This document shows positions 25,936 through 36,003 of a stretch of 64,000 bases of DNA, piece by piece. Source of the DNA: a virus. Its lineage: Duplodnaviria > Caudoviricetes. Below the pieces are notes generated by a model. It saw only the letters and a program-made list of their open reading frames with translations, was not told the origin of the DNA and did not search any database. The stretch is from the IMG/VR virus record IMGVR_UViG_3300033475_000011, positions 16,752-80,751 of that record; one strand, 5' to 3'. Both the position numbers and the translations under genes were made by a program. Position 1 is the first letter of the stretch, and every line of letters begins with the position of its first letter.

Positions 25936-27093
25936 TTGTCGACGAACGCAACCATGGTGGCCGCGGACGGCGCGTGGACGTTTCAGTTGCAGAACACCGC
26001 GGTCGAGGGCCGCTACAGCATCGGCGCCCTCCTGGGGCAAGCGAACGTGCAGTCGTCGGCGATCACGCCGATGGTGACGTGGCGGTCCGGAGTCATCCCG
26101 TCCTCCTCCTACGCGGGTTTGGTGTTCGACCTGCTGGTGGCCCAAACCGCTTCCCCATCGCTGTCGGTCATGGTGTACACGGGTGCGTGTGTCATCAACC
26201 GCCCTGGTCAGGGCCCGTATCTGTGCTGGAACTCCACGATCAAGACCGTGACGGTGGATGCTGGGGACGCCACGAACCCGCGCCGTGATCTGATCGTTGC
26301 CCGCGTGTATGACTCGGCGATCGGGGACGCATCGACGACGTTCGCGATCGAGGTTGTCACTGGCACCCCGGCGGCGTCCCCTTCCGATCCGGCGGTGCCG
26401 GCGGGGGCGATCCCGCTGGCGCGCATCTCGGTTGGGGTCAACGCTTCGAGTGTTTCGAGTGCCAACATCGCGAGTCTGCGGAAAAGCACCACCGCCCCTG
26501 GCGCGGTGCGGTCCCTGCTCGAGGGTGACTCGACCGCCACGACCACGGACGGCTATCTGCAGGGGGAGATGCGGTTCCGTAAGGGCGCCGGGTCGATCCC
26601 TGACATGGTGGAGTACTGGGGCTCTGACGGCACGTGGCATTCGTTAACCCCGCAGGATGTGGTGTGCCGCGTAAACTTCAGCGGATCCGTGACGATCGGG
26701 ACGCCGGATACGTTCGCCCAAGGCGGATGGTCCGCAGTTGAGGACCCCTACGGCATGTTCCACGGCGCACCCGGTGCGGGTACCTACAGCTACGTTCAGA
26801 TCCCCTCGGACGGCCGGTATCTGTTCTCGTATCACACGTCAATGAATCCGGGGACTGGCAGTGTCGCGGCGACGATCTCGAAGGGCTCCCCGATCGTCAA
26901 CAATTCGGTTGCTCGTGACTCGAAACCGGCTGTGACTACTGGTGGGGATGGAACGTGGTGTCACGCGTGGCGTGAACTGCCGCTGGTCGCTGGGGACAAG
27001 CTGTATTGGGCGAACTGGTCGTCGACGAGCAGCACCATGACCGGCACGGTGCTGAATATCCCGCAGGAGATGTACGTCCGCAAGGTCAGGTGA
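25936..27093 (+). CDS. Minor tail protein
   Basis: GAGGAG SD, TTG 25936; ATNPRRDLIVARVYD motif. Confidence 0.8.
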   Translation: MSTNATMVAADGAWTFQLQNTAVEGRYSIGALLGQANVQSSAITPMVTWRSGVIPSSSYAGLVFDLLVAQTASPSLSVMVYTGACVINRPGQGPYLCWNSTIKTVTVDAGDATNPRRDLIVARVYDSAIGDASTTFAIEVVTGTPAASPSDPAVPAGAIPLARISVGVNASSVSSANIASLRKSTTAPGAVRSLLEGDSTATTTDGYLQGEMRFRKGAGSIPDMVEYWGSDGTWHSLTPQDVVCRVNFSGSVTIGTPDTFAQGGWSAVEDPYGMFHGAPGAGTYSYVQIPSDGRYLFSYHTSMNPGTGSVAATISKGSPIVNNSVARDSKPAVTTGGDGTWCHAWRELPLVAGDKLYWANWSSTSSTMTGTVLNIPQEMYVRKVR

Positions 27094-27096
27094 GCC

Positions 27097-28254
27097 ATGG
27101 CTGACGGCTACTCCGCAGTCATCTACCGCACCACCACCGGGCAGATTGTCGCGGATATTCCGGTGGCGGATCAGCCGACGTGGACGAGGCAACTCAACCA
27201 GGCCGGCTCCATCAGCTCCCTGAAAGTGCTGCCCGGCTCGCCGGGGACACCGGACATCACCCGCCTGCGGAACCTCATCGTCCCGAAGGTTTTCTCGGCT
27301 GCGGTGTTGTGGGGCGACTACGTGTGCCAGGCCGGGCCGATCTTGCCGTATGACGAGGACGACACCTCGAACATGCTGCTCGAGTTCGGTACCGGCAGCT
27401 TCTGGAGCATCCTCTCCGACCGGTTGTTGCACCACCCGGATTGGGATCCCGCGTCGAAGAAGATCACGGATGCGTCCGCGGATCTCACGATCACCGACAG
27501 CCTGCCGAACATTGCGCTCACGTTGGTGCGGGGTTCCGTGGCGTGGACTCACCGCGCTGGGTCAGCGTTGCCGGTGGACATCCCCACCAACTCGACTCCC
27601 GCCGGGACCGCGGCCATGACGTACTACGGCTACGACATGGTCAGTGTGGGGCAGCGGTTGACCGAACTCACCCAGCTCGACAAGGGCCCGGACATCGACT
27701 TCCGCCCGTACCTGTACAGCGATGCGACAGGCCGTTATGTGCGGCATGAGATGCGGGTCGGGCGCGCCTCGGACGGCTATCTGGTGCAGCCAGGCACACC
27801 CCCGAAGTTCGACTACGGCTCGAGCTTGCGGGCGGTGAAGATCTCCGGAGACGGGTCGAGCGTGGCCACTTCGGCGTTCGTGAAGGGCTCCGGGGACCAG
27901 TACACGACGCTGTCCGGCTACGCCACCAACACGACCCTGACTGAACTGGGGTGGCCCGCGGCCGACTTCGTGGACCAGAACCACATCGACGCCACCGACC
28001 AGAACCAGTTGACCGGGTGGGCCACCGCGGACCTCGCGCTGCACGGCAAGGCAACAGAGCAGTGGACCGGGTACGTCGACTCCAACACCGAACCACGGTT
28101 GGGCTCCTACGAGCCCGGCACGTTCGGCACCTACAACATCACGGCGCATCCATGGCTGCCGGAGGGCGCGTACAGCGTCCGCATCCTCGGCCTTTCCAGT
28201 GGCCGCGGGAACGGCGAGGTGATGCACATTCTTGAGGGCAGGGGGCCGTTCTGA
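27097..28254 (+). CDS. Minor tail/baseplate hub protein (Gp37-like)
   Basis: Synteny; LTQLDKGPDIDF. Confidence 0.8.
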   Translation: MADGYSAVIYRTTTGQIVADIPVADQPTWTRQLNQAGSISSLKVLPGSPGTPDITRLRNLIVPKVFSAAVLWGDYVCQAGPILPYDEDDTSNMLLEFGTGSFWSILSDRLLHHPDWDPASKKITDASADLTITDSLPNIALTLVRGSVAWTHRAGSALPVDIPTNSTPAGTAAMTYYGYDMVSVGQRLTELTQLDKGPDIDFRPYLYSDATGRYVRHEMRVGRASDGYLVQPGTPPKFDYGSSLRAVKISGDGSSVATSAFVKGSGDQYTTLSGYATNTTLTELGWPAADFVDQNHIDATDQNQLTGWATADLALHGKATEQWTGYVDSNTEPRLGSYEPGTFGTYNITAHPWLPEGAYSVRILGLSSGRGNGEVMHILEGRGPF

Positions 28255-29990
28255 TGGTCGCGACACCAAACACGGCGCGGGATGGCCTTGCGGCTATGGC
28301 GAATCGGATGCGGCAGATGCAGGCCCAAATCGACGCGTTGACCCGGCGTTTGGGTGGCACGGGGTTGCCGGATGCGACAACGCCGATGATCGTGACGGAT
28401 CTGGCGGCCGCGGCCCCGGCGAGCGCGGTGTACCAGTCGGACAACACGGGGATCACGAAGGCCCAGGCGTTGCTGACCTGGACTCCGCCGTCGAATGACG
28501 ACGGAACCACGATCACCGACGGCAGCCATTTCCAGATCCGGTACCGCACCGTGAACCAGACTGTCGCCACGACGTGGGGGGAACTCGCCGCCTACACCTG
28601 GGGCGATTTGGCTGCGGGGACGTGGGGTAATCCGCTCAACAAGCAGATCGGCGACCCACCGGAAGGTGGTGTCGCCCCGCCCGGCACGAACGACGGCGAG
28701 TGGCACTACCTGCAAACCGACTTCGACTCGAGCGACTTCCTCGTCAAAGAGTTGACCCCCGGCGTGACCTATGACTTTCAGATCCGGGCGGTCGACACCT
28801 CCGGCAATGCGGGCGAGTGGTCAGCAGTGCAGACCACCACCACCCCCGGTGATGTGACACCGCCGTCGACCCCGGCGTCTCCTACTGTGGCGGGGTCGAG
28901 GATCGCTATCCAGATCACCCACAGCTTGGGCAAGGCTGGCGGCGGTAGCTTCAACATCGAGTCGGACTTGCACCACCTCGAGGTGCATGCCCAGTACGAG
29001 CCCCTTTTCACCCCGAGTGATGCGACGCGTCTGGGGAAGGTGTTGGCCAACAACGGCATGATGTTGGCGCAGATCCCAGTCATCCAGACGTTCCCGATCG
29101 AGTCCACTGCGCCTGTCTACGTGAAGGTGATCGCGGTGGATGAGGCGGGCAACAAGTCCGCCCCCTCCCAAGCGGTCGGTGTCACCGCCGAGTTGATCGA
29201 TGACGCCCACATCTCCGACCTCACCGTCGACAAAGTCACCGCCGGCACCATCAACGCCCAGTGGCTCCTTGGCGGATCGATCAAGACGGCTACTACGGGT
29301 GCGCGATCCGAGATGGATTCGGGCGGCGTGCGGCTCTACGACCCGACCGGCGCCAACACAGTCAATCTCGACGCCACCAGCGGCAACGCAACAATCGTCG
29401 GCACCCTGAAGACTGGCCAAGACAGCGACCCCCAACGGATCGTGATCAACCCCGACCCGAATGGTCTATCCCGCATCGACCTGTACGACGACAGCAGCAC
29501 CAACCACACGACGCAGGTCCAGTTCGGGACGAACTTCATCCAGCAGTTGGAGACGAACGGAACCCGTAACGCGAACGGCGGAAAGGTCCAGTGGAGCGAC
29601 TCGTCCGCCTGGTACGCGTTTCTGAACTCATCGGTCAACTCGTATCTCTGGCTCAACAACGCTGGTCAAGCCCAGTTGAACGCAAACGGTGCCGCGGTGC
29701 TCACGCTCGGGGCCGACGAGTACATCCAGTTGCGAGGGAAGTGGCTCGCCACCCCGATCAGCGGCCACTCCGCTGTCGTGGTCGGCTTCGGCGACAATGT
29801 GAACGCAACCGACGTTGTGTTCAACTACGGGGCAACGATGGCTGACCGGATCAACCCGATCTGCTCCGTCTATTCCAGTGACACCACCAAGACATGCGTG
29901 ATCACCAGCAGCACTGTGACCAATTTCCAGGCATCCGTCAATGCTGGCATGCCGAACAGTTTCCACTGGTGGGCATACCGGTCCGCGTAG
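28254..29990 (+). CDS. Minor tail protein with fibronectin-III domains
   Basis: ELTPGVTYDFQIRAVDTSGNAGEWS; VIAVDEAGNKS. Confidence 0.85.
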   Translation: MVATPNTARDGLAAMANRMRQMQAQIDALTRRLGGTGLPDATTPMIVTDLAAAAPASAVYQSDNTGITKAQALLTWTPPSNDDGTTITDGSHFQIRYRTVNQTVATTWGELAAYTWGDLAAGTWGNPLNKQIGDPPEGGVAPPGTNDGEWHYLQTDFDSSDFLVKELTPGVTYDFQIRAVDTSGNAGEWSAVQTTTTPGDVTPPSTPASPTVAGSRIAIQITHSLGKAGGGSFNIESDLHHLEVHAQYEPLFTPSDATRLGKVLANNGMMLAQIPVIQTFPIESTAPVYVKVIAVDEAGNKSAPSQAVGVTAELIDDAHISDLTVDKVTAGTINAQWLLGGSIKTATTGARSEMDSGGVRLYDPTGANTVNLDATSGNATIVGTLKTGQDSDPQRIVINPDPNGLSRIDLYDDSSTNHTTQVQFGTNFIQQLETNGTRNANGGKVQWSDSSAWYAFLNSSVNSYLWLNNAGQAQLNANGAAVLTLGADEYIQLRGKWLATPISGHSAVVVGFGDNVNATDVVFNYGATMADRINPICSVYSSDTTKTCVITSSTVTNFQASVNAGMPNSFHWWAYRSA

Positions 29991-30003
29991 AAGTGAGTGT
30001 CGA

Positions 30004-30543
30004 ATGAAAGTGGAATACCACACTGTCAGTCAGGTTACCCAGCTAGGAGGGGCCCACTGGCAGCTACTCGGTACGCGAACTGAGGATGACGGGACGCAAA
30101 GGTCCATCGCCTACCAGTTTCCCGCTGACACGATGGAATGGCGCGCGGCGGAATACGGTCTGGATCCCGATGCCGACCGGGCCACACTGCTGGACATCGT
30201 GATGGCGGAATCCTTGCTGCGTAGCGAGGACTACGACGGCGGCTACCAGCTGTATGACGCCCCTGACATGACGACTGCCCGCGAGCATCATGTGGCGCGA
30301 TGCGCAAGAGCGAAGCTGCGTTGCCGGTTATCCACCCGCGGGAAGGATCATCTGCTGAACCGGGTCCGAGACGAGTCGCCGATGCATCCGGAGATCCTCT
30401 CCATCAAACGCAGCCTGGTTGCCAAGACCCGTGATGAGCATCAGAAGCGGAGGGCCGCGTTGGTTGAACTCAGCAGTGATGGCCATGAGCATCGCCGGCT
30501 GATGGCGTGGCGGGCTCAGCACAATGAAGGGGGTGACGCGTAG
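30004..30543 (+). CDS. hypothetical tail-region protein
   Basis: EWRAAEYGLDP..LLDIVMAE; position. Confidence 0.65.
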   Translation: MKVEYHTVSQVTQLGGAHWQLLGTRTEDDGTQRSIAYQFPADTMEWRAAEYGLDPDADRATLLDIVMAESLLRSEDYDGGYQLYDAPDMTTAREHHVARCARAKLRCRLSTRGKDHLLNRVRDESPMHPEILSIKRSLVAKTRDEHQKRRAALVELSSDGHEHRRLMAWRAQHNEGGDA

Positions 30544-31454
30544 TGGCAACGTCCACGACGCGCTTGGGACTGCGAAAACCAGCCAGCAGTGACGATGTCA
30601 CTGTCGACACGGACCTGGGCAGCAACTTCGATGCGATCGACGCCGCAGCGGGATTCACGTCTTGCACCTCCGCCACCCGCCCGTCAGCCCCGTTCGTGGG
30701 GCAGGCGATCTACGAGACCGACACCAAGTTGGCCTTCGTGCACAACGGCACAAGCCCGGCCTCTGCCGGCTGGGAACGGACCGCGTTCAACACGATCCGC
30801 CGTGCCGCATCCACCTCTCCGCCCACGAACATTGTGGCTGGACACGTGTGGATGGAATCCGACACCCACATCTTGAAAGTGTCGAACGGGACGAACGCCG
30901 CATCGGGCGGTTGGGAGTGGCCCTCGATCCCGGTGGTGACAGGCCCGACACCACCGAACCCATGGTCTGGGATGGTCGTGTTCAACCTGTCCGACAACAG
31001 GTTATATCGCTATGACGGATCAACCTGGTATCCGCTGCAGCGGCAGGCGAAATACGCCCGAACCTCGGGTGCACAGGCTGTTTCAGCGAACACCGACACA
31101 CAGATTGTGTGGCCATCCGCTATCGCTGTCGACAGCCTTGTGACCCCGCAGGGAACCAACAACGCATACTTCACGATCCAACCCGGCTTGTGGCTCATCG
31201 AAGCGTGCGTGCGGCGCTCCGCCGCGGGGGCGATGGACATGTACATCGCCATGGGGACCACGTTCGCGTCGGCCCCGGACGAGGGAAACACCATCGCCAT
31301 GGGCGGTACTGGGGCGTTCACGTGCTCGGTGGCGGGCACCGTGAACATCACGACGGCAACGAACATCACTGTGGGGGTGTATTCGGCGGCCGCGATCAAC
31401 ATCAACCCGTTCGGTACCAACGCAACACACATTGCCTTCACACGACTGGGGTAA
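30543..31454 (+). CDS. Tail fibre/receptor-binding protein
   Basis: TTRLGLRKPAS N-terminus; repeated P..G.W.ESDT modules; C1q-like C-terminus. Confidence 0.7.
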   Translation: MATSTTRLGLRKPASSDDVTVDTDLGSNFDAIDAAAGFTSCTSATRPSAPFVGQAIYETDTKLAFVHNGTSPASAGWERTAFNTIRRAASTSPPTNIVAGHVWMESDTHILKVSNGTNAASGGWEWPSIPVVTGPTPPNPWSGMVVFNLSDNRLYRYDGSTWYPLQRQAKYARTSGAQAVSANTDTQIVWPSAIAVDSLVTPQGTNNAYFTIQPGLWLIEACVRRSAAGAMDMYIAMGTTFASAPDEGNTIAMGGTGAFTCSVAGTVNITTATNITVGVYSAAAININPFGTNATHIAFTRLG

Positions 31455-31461
31455 CAAGGCT

Positions 31462-31758
31462 ATGGCTGTCCGGAACTTCGCTGACCGACCAAACATCCTG
31501 CAAGCCGTGTACTGGGACGGCAGCAACCCAGCGGATGTACAAGACCTTCTCGCCCAGGCGCCGTACTGGACCGGCGTCCAAGACGGCGACATGTGGCACA
31601 TCTCCGGCAGCAACGAGTTCGACCTTCCTGTGGACTACTGGCTGGTCTCCGAATCCGCTGGGTACAGCTTGTACTCCAAGTCGGACCAGGACTTCACATT
31701 CCAGTACTCGGAAGTCGCCGGTGGTGAACCGTTCTCGTACGGGATCACCGGCATGTAG
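31462..31758 (+). CDS. hypothetical protein
   Basis: QAVYWDGSN motif. Confidence 0.6.
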   Translation: MAVRNFADRPNILQAVYWDGSNPADVQDLLAQAPYWTGVQDGDMWHISGSNEFDLPVDYWLVSESAGYSLYSKSDQDFTFQYSEVAGGEPFSYGITGM

Positions 31759-31835
31759 CTGGGTCGAACGAATCTTTCAGGGACATCCATCGGGGGAAGT
31801 CCACTCGTAGCACCAACACCTACAAGGGGGACGAG

Positions 31836-32138
31836 TTGGATGTCTTGGGCATCGGGAGTGCTCTACCAGTAGCAGGACCAGCAGCGATCCTCATCGTGAT
31901 CATCGGCATCCTGCTTCGCCTATGGCTCAAATCATCGGGCGTGGCGGCCGCTGAAATCACCCGTGTCCGTGCGTCCTACTCGGCAGAAATCGAGCGGCTC
32001 ACCAAGGACATCACAGAGCTACGCGAGGCGGTGGACAAACTCAATGCCCGCGTGGACGAAGAACGTGAACTCCGACGACAAGCCGAAGACAAAGCAGCAG
32101 CGGCGCTACGACAACCTGGGGGTTTGGATGCGCAGTAG
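31836..32138 (+). CDS. Membrane protein (TM plus coiled coil), lysis region
   Basis: N-terminal TM helix followed by heptads. Confidence 0.65.
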   Translation: MDVLGIGSALPVAGPAAILIVIIGILLRLWLKSSGVAAAEITRVRASYSAEIERLTKDITELREAVDKLNARVDEERELRRQAEDKAAAALRQPGGLDAQ

Positions 32139-32895
32139 GAAAGGGTGGCTAGCGCTCCTCATCGCCATACTCGCGTTGCTGGCATCCGGGTGGGCCGTGT
32201 GGGAACAGGTCTCCACCGCGCGGGCCCAGCACGCCGCCCAGCAGCAGGCTAAGGATGTGGCAGACCCTGTCGCGGCCCTGTGCGCCTCTGACCCGTCCAT
32301 CTACGCGCAACTGTCCGCAGACAGCAAAGCGCGGTGGGACCGGGCATGCTCGAAGGCCGCTGAGGTGCAGAACGCGCCCGCGCCCCAGACTCCCGCCGCG
32401 GGCCCTTCTGATAGTCAGGTTGCTGCCGCTGTTGATGCGTGGCTTGCTGCCCACCCGCCTCCGGCTGGGCAGAACGCCACCCCCGCCATGGTCGCCACCG
32501 CCGTGGCCCAGTTCCTCGTGGCCAACCCGCCGGAACCTGGTCGGCCACCGACCGCAGCGGAGATCGCCACCGCAGCATCCACCTACATCACGGCGCACGC
32601 CGACGACTTTCAGGGCCCGGCGGGGAAGAACGCCACCGATACCCAGGTTCAGGCCGCTGTCTCCGCGTACTGCGGGCAGGACACCGGCCCGTGCCGCGGC
32701 CCAGTCGGAGACAAGGGCGACACCGGACCGCAAGGCGTGTCCATCGCCGACGTGAACTTCGAACGCGACAACACCGGCACCTGCCAGGTCATCGTGACCC
32801 TGCACGACCCGGCGACCGGGAACGACTCGACCGTGACCCACCCGGCGGGCGACGCGGCCTGCCCAACCACCTCTTCCCAGTCCCCAACCCCCTGA
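32128..32895 (+). CDS. Membrane-anchored Pro-rich protein with short collagen-like repeat
   Basis: TM helix; GPVGDKGDTGPQG; paired Cys. Confidence 0.65.
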   Translation: MRSRKGWLALLIAILALLASGWAVWEQVSTARAQHAAQQQAKDVADPVAALCASDPSIYAQLSADSKARWDRACSKAAEVQNAPAPQTPAAGPSDSQVAAAVDAWLAAHPPPAGQNATPAMVATAVAQFLVANPPEPGRPPTAAEIATAASTYITAHADDFQGPAGKNATDTQVQAAVSAYCGQDTGPCRGPVGDKGDTGPQGVSIADVNFERDNTGTCQVIVTLHDPATGNDSTVTHPAGDAACPTTSSQSPTP

Positions 32896-32905
32896 GGAGT
32901 CATCG

Positions 32906-33886
32906 ATGACCGAACCCACTCGTGCCGCCGGCAAGCTTGGGCGCCGCCCCAACGACCCCGACAAGCCCCGGCTGCGGCTCGCCCCGCGGCTCGACACCAC
33001 TGTCCCCGCGCCGCCCGCGCTCGTCGACTGGCTCGACAAAGTCCAGTCGTGGCCCATGTACGCCAACGACCGCTACGGCGACTGCGTCTGGGCCATGATC
33101 GGCCACGCCATCGAGGCATACACCACCTACGGCAAGGGCGACACTGTCACGATCTCCGAAGCCGATGTGCTCAAGAGCTATAGCGACGTGACCGGGTTCA
33201 ACCCCGATGATCCGTCCACCGACCAGGGAACCGTCATCCAGGACGCCCTGAACTACTGGAAGACGACCGGTGTCGGCGGGCATCAGATCAAGGCGTTCGC
33301 ACAGGTCGACCACACCAACCCGGACGAGGTCAAAGCCGCACTGAACCTGTTCGGTGTGCTGCTGGTGGGCGTGAACTTCCCCGCTTCGGCGATGGACCAG
33401 TTCAATGCCGGCCAGCCGTGGGACGTGCTCGACAACGACGGCGGCATCGAGGGCGGTCACGCCATCCACGTCGGACACGCCGACACTGACAACGTCACCT
33501 ACAACCTCGTCACCTGGGGCGCTGTCGAAGGCATGACCTCGGCATGGTGGGCCGAGTACGTCGAGGAAGCGTGGATCGCGGTCACTGACGACTGGCTGTC
33601 CGAGGCTGGTACGAGTCCGGGAGGGTTGGACCTGTATGGGCTCGGTGAGGACTTGTCGGCGCTGACTGGTGAGCCCAACCCGTTTCCCGCCCCCGAGCCC
33701 ACGCCGGTTCCTGCACCGACTCCTACCCCTGAGCCTCCGGCCCCGTCGCCGGAGCCGGTAGACGACCTGGAGGCCGATCAGAAGTTCGCGGGCACTCTGC
33801 ATCACTTTGTGCGGAACCCGTGGCTGTACAGCCCCCACCACCTCGCCCTGGTTGCCAGGAAGTGGCTCGACGCCAGGGGGTTGTAG
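32906..33886 (+). CDS. Papain-like Cys/His peptidase (candidate endolysin component)
   Basis: NDRYGDCVWA (Cys), EGGHAI (His), VTWG. Confidence 0.7.
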   Translation: MTEPTRAAGKLGRRPNDPDKPRLRLAPRLDTTVPAPPALVDWLDKVQSWPMYANDRYGDCVWAMIGHAIEAYTTYGKGDTVTISEADVLKSYSDVTGFNPDDPSTDQGTVIQDALNYWKTTGVGGHQIKAFAQVDHTNPDEVKAALNLFGVLLVGVNFPASAMDQFNAGQPWDVLDNDGGIEGGHAIHVGHADTDNVTYNLVTWGAVEGMTSAWWAEYVEEAWIAVTDDWLSEAGTSPGGLDLYGLGEDLSALTGEPNPFPAPEPTPVPAPTPTPEPPAPSPEPVDDLEADQKFAGTLHHFVRNPWLYSPHHLALVARKWLDARGL

Positions 33887-34837
33887 ATGAGGTGGGCTGA
33901 CTACGCAACCGGCCGGCCCCCGGCCGCGGCAGTGAAGGCAGCCGGGTTCGGCGGGGTGATCCGGTACGTCGGTATCGGTGGTGGGGGCACGCTGCCGTAC
34001 AAGCGGATCACCGCCGCCGAATACCAGGACCACGTTCGGAACGGGTTGCAGGTGCTGTTGGTGTGTGAAGCGTCCACCACGGACGCGTGGGGTGGCTACA
34101 ACGCCGGTGTCACCAACGCCAAGGCAGCCCTCAATGACGCCCGCGCGCTGAGGATCCCCGACAGTGTCGGTATCGCCGCCGCTGCGGATGCGCACGCAGC
34201 GAACCAGGCTCAGATCGATGCTGCTGTGGCCTACGCACGCGGTTTCCAAGACGTGCTGGGGAAGGCCCGCACCGGCTTCTACGGGTTCTCCGAGACCGTG
34301 ACCGCTGTCCGCAACGCGGGGATCGGGTCTTGGTACTGGCGGTGTGGCTCCCAGCCCAGCGCGGCGGAGAAGACCTGGACGCACCTGTGGCAGCGCAACG
34401 ACGGAACCACGAAGGTCGCCGGGACCACAGTCGACATCAACGAGCAGTACATCCCCATCACAGCGCAGGAGGACGACTTGACCCCCGACCAGAGCGCGAA
34501 ACTGGACGCGATCTACAACCAGCTCACCGGCTCCACCACGACGGGTGAGTACCCGGGCTGGCCGCAGCTCGACGGCAAAACTGTCGTGGACTACCTGGGA
34601 GAACTGCCTGACAAGGTGTGGGACTACCAGCTCAAGACGCCCGGCTGGGCCGACCCGAACCGTGTGGCCGCGGCTGGCGCGATCGTCGGCAATGCCGATG
34701 TGCACACCAACGCCATCCTCGACGCGATCGGGAAGGTCACTGTCGGTGGTGTCGACGTGAACAGTCTCGCCGCAGCGCTTGTGACCGCGCTCGGCCCAGA
34801 GGTGGCTAAGGCCATCGGAGAGAAACTGGTGGCCTGA
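33887..34837 (+). CDS. Endolysin, DUF1906/Rv2525c-like glycoside hydrolase
   Basis: WADYA..VKAAGFGGVIRYV..EYQDH..YFAAD-like region..LWQ. Confidence 0.8.
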   Translation: MRWADYATGRPPAAAVKAAGFGGVIRYVGIGGGGTLPYKRITAAEYQDHVRNGLQVLLVCEASTTDAWGGYNAGVTNAKAALNDARALRIPDSVGIAAAADAHAANQAQIDAAVAYARGFQDVLGKARTGFYGFSETVTAVRNAGIGSWYWRCGSQPSAAEKTWTHLWQRNDGTTKVAGTTVDINEQYIPITAQEDDLTPDQSAKLDAIYNQLTGSTTTGEYPGWPQLDGKTVVDYLGELPDKVWDYQLKTPGWADPNRVAAAGAIVGNADVHTNAILDAIGKVTVGGVDVNSLAAALVTALGPEVAKAIGEKLVA

Positions 34838-35106
34838 TGCTCAACGACAAACTCATCTCGTGGCTGCGCACCGTACTGCCCTACGCGTGGTCCCTCCTCG
34901 TCGCATGGCTCGTGTCGCACGGCCTGCCGCACGAGGTCACGGACTGGCTGTCCGGCATGGGTGAGCAGATCACCAACCTCGTCATCGCCGGGGTGCTGTA
35001 CGGTTTCGCCCGCTGGGTGGAGCCGTATCTGCCGGGCTGGCTGAACGTCCTGTTCTTCGGCAGCCCGGCGACCCCCACCTACCTGGCCGCGCGTAGCGAG
35101 GAGTAA
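34837..35106 (+). CDS. Holin
   Basis: Two TM helices after the lysin; RTVLP..RWVEPYLP. Confidence 0.75.
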   Translation: MLNDKLISWLRTVLPYAWSLLVAWLVSHGLPHEVTDWLSGMGEQITNLVIAGVLYGFARWVEPYLPGWLNVLFFGSPATPTYLAARSEE

Positions 35107-35111
35107 CCCCA

Positions 35112-35489
35112 GTGGCTGGGTACAGCACTGGGGCGAAAGATGCTGGGGTCAACGCGATACGGGCGCTGTTGACCTCAAGTGCGGGCTACGTGTCCATGCA
35201 CACCGGTGACCCGGGCACAACGGGCGCAAACGAAGTGACAGGCCGAACCGGGTATGCCCGGCAGGGCTCGACATTCCCTGCGGCGAACGGTGGGACTGGA
35301 TCGCAGGGCGGCCAGGTCGCTGTGCCGATCGGGACTGCCGGGTCGTCGGTGTCCCTCACCTACTGGGGCCTGTGGACCGCCGCCACCGGCGGTTCATGGG
35401 TTACGGGGGGTGCCCTGTCGCAGACCGAGGTTTTCTCGACGGCAGGGGGCACAATGCAGTTCACCCCCACCCTCGCTGCTGCGGGGTAA
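35112..35489 (+). CDS. Small virion/tail-fibre-associated protein
   Basis: YVSMHTGDPGTTGANEV..GYARQ..WGLWTAATGG. Confidence 0.65.
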   Translation: MAGYSTGAKDAGVNAIRALLTSSAGYVSMHTGDPGTTGANEVTGRTGYARQGSTFPAANGGTGSQGGQVAVPIGTAGSSVSLTYWGLWTAATGGSWVTGGALSQTEVFSTAGGTMQFTPTLAAAG

Positions 35490-35876
35490 GTGATGGCACT
35501 CGAAGCCGCATATGCCTTTGACGGCACCGGAACCACAGTGACAGACCTGTCCGGCAACGGGCGGGACCTGAACCTGACCGGCACAAACGGTGTCCAGGTG
35601 TCGGGTGGTCAGACTGGGAACGCGCTCGGCAAGACAGGCACCACCATGCCAGTCCTACCGAGCGCTGTTCTGGCCGCTTGTCAAACCGATGACCGCACCA
35701 TCATGTTCGATGACAGCGACTGGCGCACCGTCACCTGGCTGGCCGGTGGGGTGTTCGGTGTCCTCGTCGGCCCCGATGACGGCATCCTGCTTGCTGCTGG
35801 GGTGTGGGACGTGTGGGGTCAGGTCCTGGACAACCCCGAGCATCCGATCGGCAAGCAGACCATTCGCATCACCTGA
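35490..35876 (+). pseudogene. Probable chimeric remnant: LamG-like N-terminus fused to an unrelated C-terminus
   Basis: AAYAFDGTGTTVTDLSGNG start is abruptly followed by DWRTVTW..GVLVGP..VWGQVLDNPEHP. Confidence 0.45.
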
Positions 35877-35910
35877 CCGGCCGCCACCCTCTCTGCTGGC
35901 GGCTGTTGAT

Positions 35911-35965
35911 GGCCCCGCGCTCCCCGCTCCCTCCTCAGGCGGGTTGAGCGCGGGGCCCCTTTCTT
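35911..35965 (+). terminator. Terminator at the end of the late operon
   Basis: GGCCCCGCGCTC/GAGCGCGGGGCC plus inner CCCGC/GCGGG, followed by CCTTTCTT. Confidence 0.7.
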
Positions 35966-35968
35966 GCG

Positions 35969-35997
35969 TTGCGGGCATAGAACACGTGTTCTACCTT
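35969..35997 (+). promoter_or_regulatory. Sigma70-type promoter with LexA (SOS) box in the spacer
   Basis: TTGCGG-N17-TACCTT; TAGAACACGTGTTCTA at 35978-35993 fits GAAC-N4-GTTC. Confidence 0.75.
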
Positions 35998-36003
35998 GTT
36001 GGC

